A DNA stretch of 64,000 bases from Bacteroidota bacterium. GTDB taxonomy: Bacteria > Bacteroidota > Bacteroidia > Chitinophagales > JADIYW01. Position numbers and translations under genes: made by a program. Below, one piece after another: positions 28,533-37,600 of the stretch. Location of the stretch: positions 147,981-211,980 of the forward strand of contig JADIYW010000002.1 in assembly GCA_016705125.1 (NCBI GenBank), given 5' to 3'. The notes beneath the pieces are model-generated. The model ran no database searches. It was given only the letters and a program-made list of their open reading frames with translations, and had not been told where the DNA came from. Each line of letters opens with the position of its first letter. Positions within the stretch are counted from its first letter, which is position 1.

Positions 28533-29612
28533 TATTTATGTAATAAAAATGCTTTAATAAATCCATTTAAATCTCCATCTAAAACTGCCTGCGGATTGGA
28601 TGTTTCAAACCCTGTTCGGGCATCTTTCACCAATTTATAAGGATGAAGAACGTAATTGCGAATCTGTGAACCCCATTCATTTTTCATTTTAGTTCCTTCT
28701 ATTTGGTCTCTTGCCGCATTTCTTTTCTGCACCTCCAAATCATACAACTTCGACTTCAGCATTTTCATGGCTGTTTCCCTATTCTGAATTTGCGAACGCT
28801 CTTGTTGGCACTCACAAGTAATACCGGTTGGAAGATGCCTTACCCTTACGGCCGATTCTGTTCTATTTACGTGCTGTCCACCTGCACCACTTGCTCTAAA
28901 TGTGTCCCATTCAATATCGGCAGGATTTACAGTTATTTCAATTGTATCATCTATTTCAGGCCAAACAAAAACGGAGGCAAAGGAAGTATGCCTTTTTCCA
29001 TTACTATCGAATGGTGAAATACGAACTAAGCGGTGCACTCCATTTTCAGACTTTAACATGCCATAAACAAATTCGCCATCTATTTCTAATGTAATTGATT
29101 TTATACCTGCCACATCGCCATCAGTCCGCTCCAATTCTCTTACTTTGTGTCCGTTTTTTTCGCCCCACATAATATACATACGCATAAGCATGGCTGCCCA
29201 ATCGCAACTCTCGGTACCACCCGCGCCTGAATTAATAGTCAAAATTACTGAAAGTCCATCTTCCTCACCATTCAATGTAGATTTATACTCCAGTTCTTCT
29301 ACTTCATCAGCAGCAATTCTGTATGTAGTTTCTAAATCTTCCTCGGTAGCCTCACCCATTTCAAAAAATTCTTTCATTATTTGTAACTCGTCATATTTAT
29401 TCTGACAGTCTTTAAATAATTGAACCCAATGTTTATTGGCTTTTATTTCTTTTAAAATGGCTTGTGCCTTTAACTGATCATTCCAAAAATCGGAAGAAAG
29501 GGTTTTGGCTTCATCATCTTTTATTTTTTCTACTCTATTATCGTAGTCAAAGATACCTCCGCAAGGAGGTGACACTGTCGGTAAGTGTTTTGTGCTGTTC
29601 GTTTGTAATCAT
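28532..29612 (-). CDS. prfB: peptide chain release factor 2, with programmed +1 frameshift
   Basis: The ATG at 29612 reads [21 protein letters not shown] then TGA within GGAGG TAT CTT TGA C (minus strand, ~29547-29552). The +1 frame continues DYDNRVEKI...SGAGGQHVN (GGQ motif) to 28532. Confidence 0.95.
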
Positions 29613-29815
29613 GCACAAATATATAAAATTGAAATTCAAAAAATTGGAATTTACATTAGGTTAACCCGTTTTGCACAAAAAAACAGTAAGTTTTATACAA
29701 TGGATTAAATTTAACTCAAAATAACTTTATCTTTGGAGTGGTGAATAAAATGTCGCATAACTTTGGAGAAAAATAAACTCGTAAAGTATTTAAAAACATT
29801 TTACAGGCAAATAGT

Positions 29816-30673
29816 ATGAAAATTAAAGAATTTTTTGGAAAAACAGGCATTTTAGGCGCAATACTTGGAATGATAATTATTGTTGCAGGGTTTTTATTTT
29901 TACTCAATGTTTTTTTTGTTACCTATACCATGCATGGGCAAACAGTTACCGTGCCTAATATCGAAGGACTTTCGATAAAAGAAGCAAAAAACAAATTGAA
30001 TAATGCAGGCCTAGAATTTATGATAGCCGATTCAACCTACAAAAACGATTTGCCTCCAGGACAAGTTTTAGACCAAAGTCCAAAAAAAGGAGCGACAGTC
30101 AAAAAATTTAGAAAAATTTACCTTACTGTTTCAAGTGTATCTGCTGAACCAGTAAAAATGCCTAACTTAATTGACAATTCAAGGAGACAAGCAATTATTA
30201 TCCTTGAAAGCTATGGACTTAAATTAGGAAAAGAAAATTATGTTCCAGACATAGCAAAGGATGCAGTAAGAGGTATGTATTTAAATGGAAAAGAAATTAA
30301 AGAAGGCAGCATTGTACTTAAGGGCTCAGTAATAGATTTGGATTTGGGTGATGGAATTGGTGATACAAAAGTAGATGTGCCCGATTTACTCGGAGCTACT
30401 TTAATGGAAGCACTTGCCGTATTGGATGCTTATGGATTACAACCAGGCATAATCTCCACGCAGGGCGAAATAACTGACTCATTAAGTTCATTCATATATT
30501 ATCAACAACCAGAATATGGTACTGCTTACAAATTGGCACCAGGCGATCCAGTGAATTTATTTATAATGCAAGACCAACCAGACCTTGAAACCATTCAGGA
30601 TATAGGAGCAGTAGAAAAATCAGAAATTGAAGAGATAAATAATAATCAGAAGAAAGAAGGGAATAAGCAATAA
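29816..30673 (+). CDS. PASTA domain-containing membrane protein
   Basis: 285 aa with an N-terminal TM helix then three PASTA-like repeats (e.g. TVPNIEGLSIKEAKNKLNNAGLEF). Confidence 0.8.
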   Translation: MKIKEFFGKTGILGAILGMIIIVAGFLFLLNVFFVTYTMHGQTVTVPNIEGLSIKEAKNKLNNAGLEFMIADSTYKNDLPPGQVLDQSPKKGATVKKFRKIYLTVSSVSAEPVKMPNLIDNSRRQAIIILESYGLKLGKENYVPDIAKDAVRGMYLNGKEIKEGSIVLKGSVIDLDLGDGIGDTKVDVPDLLGATLMEALAVLDAYGLQPGIISTQGEITDSLSSFIYYQQPEYGTAYKLAPGDPVNLFIMQDQPDLETIQDIGAVEKSEIEEINNNQKKEGNKQ

Positions 30674-30688
30674 AAGTAAAGAACAACT

Positions 30689-32557
30689 ATGAAAAAAATT
30701 TATATCTCCTGTTTCCTGCTTTTTATAATGTTAAAAGGATTTTCGCAAGATGAACAATTAGTTCCTTTAAATTCAAATGCAAAATTAGAATTTAATCAAA
30801 AGAAAGGAAACTTGACAAATGTTAGTCAGCGACAAAATGCCCTTTTAAGCTTGCCTTTTATCGAAGATTTTAATTATGATGGTCCATATCCTGACATCAA
30901 TCTTTGGCAAGATTCATTAGTGTATATAAATAATACTTATCCAATTAATCCTCCCTCTTTAGGTGTGGCAACATTTGATGGGTTAAATGCAACTGGCAAC
31001 CAATATTCTTTATTAAATGTAGCCGGACCAGCAGATTATTTAACTGTTCAACCCCTTGCTCTTGGAGGTTTAACCGAAGACAGTTTGGTATTTATCAGTT
31101 TTTTTTACCAACCAATGGGTTTGGGTCAAAAACCTGAAGCTGGAAAAGATTATTTAAAACTCGAATTTCTAAATCAATCTGCGCAGTGGATAGAAAAATG
31201 GAGTGTAACCGGCGATAGTTCAAGAGATTTTAGACAGGAATTTGTAAAAATTACTAATGATTACTTATACGATGGATTTCAGTTTAGATTCAGAAATATT
31301 GCTCAACTAAGTGGCAATAACGACCATTTTCATTTAGACTATGTTGTGGTTGACAAAAACAGAGATACCACATCTGATAAATCACCAAAAGACATGGCTT
31401 TTCAATCGGGCCCAATAAGTTTGCTGAAAAATTATTTTGCCATGCCTTATTTTCATTTCGATACATCGGAATTGACACAAATACACCAAACTTCCATTAG
31501 AAATAATTTCACCAATGCCACTACCGACTTCCTAGATAATTTTGAAGCTAAAGAATTAAAAACGAATACTGTTTTCCAAACGTATTTAGGTACATCAGCC
31601 GACTTGGGTCCATTAAGTAATAATATTTCCAATTACCCGAGAATTGACATACCTGATAATTTAAGTGGCGACACCATCATAATCAGGTTAACGCATAATT
31701 ATGCCGTATCTGCTGAGGTTGGCTCAGATCCGAAAATTATAGCCAATAATACTATTATAAAAGACCAAATATTTAGCAACTATTTCGCTTATGATGATGC
31801 GTCAGCCGAAAGAGGATACCGATTAGCAAGTGTTGCCGGAGCAAAAATAGCCACTAGATTTGTAGCCAATAAATTAGACTCTTTGCAAGGGATAAAAGTA
31901 CATTTTGCCAATCTAAATACAGACAATAAAAATGGATTACTTTCGGTAATTGTTTGGAAAAAAATAGGCCCTGAGGAAGAAATTTTATATCAGGAAGATT
32001 TATTGAGATTAGATGATTTCAGAAAAATAAACGGCTTGGATGCGGTTAATGATTTTTCATTTTATGATTTAAAACCTCAATACATTAAAAATGGTACTTC
32101 CAAAATTGTAGTTGAAGGGGAATTTTTTATTGGTCTTTTGTTTACAGATAGAGATAAATGGACAATCGGGTATGATTTGAATACAAATGGCTCGGCCAAC
32201 CAATTTTATAATGTAGGAAATGGATGGAATCCAACTCAATTTGCTGGCTCTTTGCTTTTAAATCCCTTGATGGGTGAACCATTGCCATGGGAATTAACTC
32301 CGGTGGTGAATACTCCAAATAAATCCTTAGAAATCAAAGTATTCCCTAATCCGACGCATAATGTTTTCTTTGTAAAAGGCATTTTAAATACTTCTCAAAT
32401 CAATATCCATAATTTAAATGGTCAATTGATGCAAACAAATACATTGAATACCGATGGACAAATTTTACTCAATGACCTTGCAAAAGGCATTTATTTTATA
32501 AATATAATCGACTTAATTAGCAATGCAAGTGGCGTTTCTAAATTGATAGTGGAATAA
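30689..32557 (+). CDS. secreted protein with T9SS C-terminal sorting domain
   Basis: 622 aa with a signal peptide. The C-terminal ~80 aa (IKVFPNPTHNVFFV...LAKGIYFINI...KLIVE) matches the Por/T9SS CTD pattern. Confidence 0.75.
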   Translation: MKKIYISCFLLFIMLKGFSQDEQLVPLNSNAKLEFNQKKGNLTNVSQRQNALLSLPFIEDFNYDGPYPDINLWQDSLVYINNTYPINPPSLGVATFDGLNATGNQYSLLNVAGPADYLTVQPLALGGLTEDSLVFISFFYQPMGLGQKPEAGKDYLKLEFLNQSAQWIEKWSVTGDSSRDFRQEFVKITNDYLYDGFQFRFRNIAQLSGNNDHFHLDYVVVDKNRDTTSDKSPKDMAFQSGPISLLKNYFAMPYFHFDTSELTQIHQTSIRNNFTNATTDFLDNFEAKELKTNTVFQTYLGTSADLGPLSNNISNYPRIDIPDNLSGDTIIIRLTHNYAVSAEVGSDPKIIANNTIIKDQIFSNYFAYDDASAERGYRLASVAGAKIATRFVANKLDSLQGIKVHFANLNTDNKNGLLSVIVWKKIGPEEEILYQEDLLRLDDFRKINGLDAVNDFSFYDLKPQYIKNGTSKIVVEGEFFIGLLFTDRDKWTIGYDLNTNGSANQFYNVGNGWNPTQFAGSLLLNPLMGEPLPWELTPVVNTPNKSLEIKVFPNPTHNVFFVKGILNTSQINIHNLNGQLMQTNTLNTDGQILLNDLAKGIYFINIIDLISNASGVSKLIVE

Positions 32558-32681
32558 AAATGGAGAATGGATATTAGATAAAAACTCCTTTTTGAATTAG
32601 TATTTTCCATTTTTTAGCTTCACCACATTATAATTCTACTTTAGTAGGCAATAAAATTTATTTTTATACTACTTTATGATT

Positions 32682-32963
32682 TTACCATTTTAAAGTTTTG
32701 TAAATGAATGGTTTTCTTGTCGAATACATTATTTCTATACTGTCACCAATTTGATAATTATCCTTTATAGATGTCGATCCTTTAAATTTAGTATCCTTGC
32801 TATAATAATTAAAAAATGCCCGCTGACTTCCTTTGCCTTGATATCCAAATTTATATATTCTTACTAGTTGAATTTTACCATATTTTGAATATTCTTTTTC
32901 TTCTTCTTGTCCTATAATTTTATAAAAATTTAACACCACTAAACCACAACTAGATAAAAGCAT
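32682..32963 (-). CDS. small hypothetical protein (start uncertain; the track ORF starts at a GTG upstream of a poly-C/Pro tract)
   Basis: The ATG at 32963 gives MLLSSCGLVVLNFYK. The longer ORF from GTG 33026 reads through C23 as eight prolines. No recognisable domain. Confidence 0.35.
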   Translation of the reverse strand: MLLSSCGLVVLNFYKIIGQEEEKEYSKYGKIQLVRIYKFGYQGKGSQRAFFNYYSKDTKFKGSTSIKDNYQIGDSIEIMYSTRKPFIYKTLKW

Positions 32964-32985
32964 TATAAAACAGGTTTTCGAGAGA

Positions 32986-33008
32986 GGGGGGGGGGGGGGG
33001 GGGGGGGG
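32986..33008 (+). repeat. homopolymeric G23 tract
   Basis: Counted directly as 23 consecutive G at 32986-33008. It lies at the junction of two small minus-strand ORFs. Confidence 0.95.
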
Positions 33009-33022
33009 TAAGCTAATAGAAA

Positions 33023-33301
33023 TCACAGCATTAATTGAAATATAAAAATTAAAAAAAACTTTCTCTTCTGCCTTATTGATAATTTTGTATATTTTATATC
33101 CCTATAAAGATCGTCATTTTTAAAAAAAAATTCTAAAATCTTTAAGATAATTATAACACACAATCCCCATGAAATCATAATTAAAATAAAAAAAAATAAG
33201 CCTATGTTTTCATTTAATGAAAATATTCTTATCAATTCAAACAGTATAAAAATTAACAATACTGAAGTTAAAATTATGGTTATGTTTTTTAGTATTCTCA
33301 T
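33023..33301 (-). CDS. small membrane protein, hypothetical
   Basis: 92-aa ORF with two or three hydrophobic helices. No motif recognised; coding status is unproven. Confidence 0.4.
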   Translation of the reverse strand: MRILKNITIILTSVLLIFILFELIRIFSLNENIGLFFFILIMISWGLCVIIILKILEFFFKNDDLYRDIKYTKLSIRQKRKFFLIFIFQLML

Positions 33302-33382
33302 TCAAAAAAATAAATTAAATGTGCTTACCTTACAATAAACATCAATTAATTTTAGTTTTACCAAATTTTATTTAATAAAATA

Positions 33383-33871
33383 CTAAAGGGCTTCCAAAGC
33401 CGCCTTATAGTTTGGTTCGATAGTGATTTCTGGTACTTGTTCAGTATATAAAACGGTTCCATCTTCATCGGCTACAATAATGCATCTACTTAATAATCCA
33501 ACCAATGGGCCATCAACTATTTCTAAAGAAGAGAAATCATCTGTTCTAAATGCTGAAAGTGTTTCAACATTTTCAATGCCCTCTGCTCCACAAAATCGGG
33601 AAAGCGCAAAAGGCAAATCCTTTGAAATAGATAAAACAACTGTGTTCTCCAAATTGGCAGCATCTTTATTAAACTGTTTAACTGACATTGCACAAATCCC
33701 AGTATCAATACTCGGAAATATATTTAACACTATTCTTTTTCCTTTATAATCACTTATTTTCTTCTCTCCTAAAGTGTTTGCTATAAGCAAAGAATCTGCC
33801 AATTTTGATCCAATTGCAGGCAATGCGCTTTTTGTATGAATTTCATTTCCTTTTAGTGTAATTGTAGCCAT
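33383..33871 (-). CDS. tpx: thiol peroxidase (Tpx, atypical 2-Cys peroxiredoxin)
   Basis: 162 aa. IFPSIDTGICAMSVKQF carries the peroxidatic Cys and LPFALSRFCGAEG the resolving Cys; these are Tpx signatures. Confidence 0.9.
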   Translation of the reverse strand: MATITLKGNEIHTKSALPAIGSKLADSLLIANTLGEKKISDYKGKRIVLNIFPSIDTGICAMSVKQFNKDAANLENTVVLSISKDLPFALSRFCGAEGIENVETLSAFRTDDFSSLEIVDGPLVGLLSRCIIVADEDGTVLYTEQVPEITIEPNYKAALEAL

Positions 33872-34115
33872 TTCTTTTTTTTTTGATAAAGATAATTTTT
33901 TTGTACATTCTATTGATGAAAAAAAATTATTTTTTTTCTTAAAATACTACTTTCATTATTTTTAAATGGAATATATTTCGGCGCCCGGTGGATCTGGCGT
34001 ATGCCACCCCCCGTTCTGAAAACCTTTAAAAAAAATCAAAATTGGCCATATAAAATTTATTATGATTTTAAATAATTGATTTGTAAAATCAATTAATTTT
34101 CTAATTTAAAATTTT

Positions 34116-34622
34116 TTAAAAATGATTCATTCTTTCATTTAGGCTTATTCGTCCGTTAAGCTTACCCAACTTAATTGTATAACTAATAACAGGCGACAAA
34201 GGTTTATTCTTTAAATCTACTTTTTTTACAATTGTAGGCTTTGCCATTTGTACCGTATAATTCACTTGAATATTGACTTGTTGAATTGGCAATTGCTGTT
34301 TTACAGGTAATTTGAAATGGATATTTATTTTTTGCTGTGTAGAAACTTTTACGCCATGGTTATTTTGTGGTGCAAATTTCAATAAGCCTACCACTCTCGA
34401 TGCTTCTTCATCACATCCAAAACCGATGCCTTTATTATTTCTTACATCCAATACTTTTCCATCAAAATCAACTCTGTACGAAATATAAACAGTGCCTTCA
34501 ATCTCTTTTTCTAAAGCCAATTTGGGATAGATTAAATTTTCCTGAATAAATTTCTGCAATGCCAATTTTCCGCCCGGATATTGTGGTTTTATTACAAATT
34601 CTTGCTTATCTCTTCTTTTCAT
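34116..34622 (-). CDS. TonB C-terminal-domain (energy transducer TonB-like) protein
   Basis: 168 aa. PQYPGGKLALQKFIQENLIYPKLALEKEIEGTVYISYRVDFDGKV is the TonB_C fold signature. Confidence 0.7.
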   Translation of the reverse strand: MKRRDKQEFVIKPQYPGGKLALQKFIQENLIYPKLALEKEIEGTVYISYRVDFDGKVLDVRNNKGIGFGCDEEASRVVGLLKFAPQNNHGVKVSTQQKINIHFKLPVKQQLPIQQVNIQVNYTVQMAKPTIVKKVDLKNKPLSPVISYTIKLGKLNGRISLNERMNHF

Positions 34623-34631
34623 TTTTTATTT

Positions 34632-37600
34632 TTATTTCAATACCACTACTTTTCCTACTACACTTTCCGTTTTGGATTTTTCTATTTTTAATAAATAAGT
34701 GCCTACAGCCAATTTACCGTTATTTAGAAAAGAAAAATCATTGATTCCATTATCTATAGCTTGTGTAAAAGTGTTGATTAACTTTCCATCGATTCCATAA
34801 AAATAAATATTTGCCTCAAATGGGTTGTTTAATTTGGAAATCAATTGCCATCCCCGTAATTCCAAACCACCATTTTGAATATTATTTACTGCGGAAAGGG
34901 TATAATCAACCGTTTGCAAACCAACATATACTAATGAATCATTTGTGGTGCGATACCACAATTTATAATACATCAATTTATCCAATCGATCGCTAACTGA
35001 ATCAATAGCACTATAGTTAGTATTTACTCCATTAATATTAGTAGCCAAAACACTATCGAATGGAATGTAATTAATATCATCCAAGGAATAAGTAGTTATG
35101 TATTTTACCACCTGGTTTTCTTTGGCAGAGGTCCAAGATAAAACAGATTGGTTTGAAGTATTTTTAACCGCATCAAAAGCAATTATTTGGGTGGAATCCA
35201 ATAATGCAATATCTATTTTGTTGCCTACAATATAATACTCACCAAAATCGCTGGTTTCAAACTCTACAAAATAACCATCCAAATAAGGTATTATTTCTAC
35301 CTCATTCTCATTCAATAAAAGATAATCCGAGAATGCATTATTGGTCAAATCCAAATCTGTATTCAATCCATTATATTTTAACACAACCAAATCACCGGGT
35401 CTATTTATGCCCTTATCTGAGTTATTTAGGGCAAAATATTCGTCGTTTTTAAAAAATAATCTGACCTTATAATTTCCAGTTAATTCATTTTCAGGCCAAA
35501 CGAAAAATCTACGTGGCAATAATCTCCTATTTTTAAAAATGCTTATTTCATTTGTTTCATTCGTTAATAAACCCATTTCTAAAGTACCCAATTGCTGCCC
35601 ATCATTATAAAAGGAACCAATTAATTGTCCATTTTTTCTATAATCAACCCAGCCCTCGCTATTGGAAACTACCGAAACGAAGGTTGAATCTTTTTCTACT
35701 ATCGAATCCAAAAATTCAGTAATAAATAAATCATCAATTGCCATTCCTTCTCTTGTCTCTGCTATATCACTTTTAAATCTAAGTCTTATCATATATTTAG
35801 ACTTATCAGTAATTCCGTTTAAATTAATTTTTTGGCTTACCACCTGCCAAGGAAGGCTATCCAAATCCCAAACTGCACTGTCTTGAATGTTTTCGTACCA
35901 ATTATACCCTGAACCTATAGCACCCAATCTGCCCCAAGTATTGCCATCTAAAGAAGATTCCGCCACTACGTAATCATAAAGACCTTGTCCGATTTCACCA
36001 GTTTCTATATTTTGGTAGGTATTAAAATTGATAATTGGTTGTGTTAAAGCAGAGAAATTATAACAACCTAAGTAAAGCGTTGTTTCCTCATTATTTTTAT
36101 ATTTCTCTCTCAAATTGGTTACCCAAGCCTTATTCCCTTGACCACTCAAATAAATTTTATTCTTATTTGGTATGCCCCACTCCCATTTGGTTTCACCTCC
36201 TGCATCTGAAATTAGATTACCATTATTGGATTCAAAATTTTCGTAATAAGGAAAATTTGAAACGGAATTCAATACATTTACTTCGTACAAAATAGTATCA
36301 TTAAATGCGGCTAAATCTCCAGGATTACTTGTCCAAACTTTTATTTTGTAAATACCTGGCAGACTCAAATCGGCATTTTGGGAAAAAGTGAATGCAAAAG
36401 TATCTTGAGGCAATAGGGTTTGAGTAAATACCTGACTTACTATAGGACCATCATTTATTGAATATTTTAATGCAAAATTTCCATTAGAATAAATATCATT
36501 ATTTTTTCCCTTTAAGCTAATTATATAATTGGTGCCACCGCCACAAATAAAACGGTTATAACTTATTCCTTCAATTCCAATATCTCTTCCGGCATTATAC
36601 AATTTTATATCATCAATGGAATAACCACCAGTTTGATTTGTAAAAAGCGCCTTTTTACTTGTATTGAATGAAAACCTTATCTGACTAGAAGCGCTAAAAT
36701 TAGAAGCGCTATCAGTAATTAGCATTTTTGAAATATTTAATCCCTGAAATGATTTAAATAATGCCTTAGGACCCTTATTGGCAAAAATATCAAATACTTT
36801 TATCCAGTTATCTGTTTCTTTTCCTCTGACATAAATAAAATCTAATGCTGTAAGTTCATTGTGGCTTAAAGCTGAAAAATCGAGATAAATTAGCGAATCA
36901 GCATAATTACTTAAATTCAAATTTAATATCAAATTATTTTCAGTTGGCACAACAGCCAAAGAATTATCAAAAGTAGCTCCCTTTTTTCCACTACTTGCAA
37001 AAAAATCGCTCTCGCCAACTCTGAACCTGCCCCCAAACTTATCGGTTGTATAATCCCATTCATCATTATCCAAAACCCTAAATGCATTATCCGTTATTCC
37101 ACATTTGGGCATATCTTCGAATCCTTCAAAATAGGGCAAGACGGCTGGATTATGCGCTAATTGGTATAAAACGCCTTTAAGGGTATCATTATTTTTATTC
37201 CCATCTGAAGTTAAATTAGTAGTTAAAGTATATGGATAATTTCCAATTGCCGACAAATTAGATGTACCAACAAATTGAACATCTTTTGTACTATCAGGAG
37301 CAATAGAATCCAAAATAGAAGCATTAAAGTTAGCTCCATTAATATTTAAATTAACGCCAATGTTTGCCACTTTTGTATTGCCGAAATTTTTAATTCTAGC
37401 CGTAAAATTAGTAGTAGCTGTTAAGGCTGTTGATGTATTCAGTCGGCCGCCAAATGGCGCAATTAATCCTACAACGCCTACATCATTTGGCACAGGACAA
37501 ATGCCAGGGTTTGGAGTTCCAAATATAGCATCAGCCCGCGGACTTTCTTTTCCATTTGTAACGGAAATAATGGAAAACAGGCTAGTAATGCCATTTTGCA

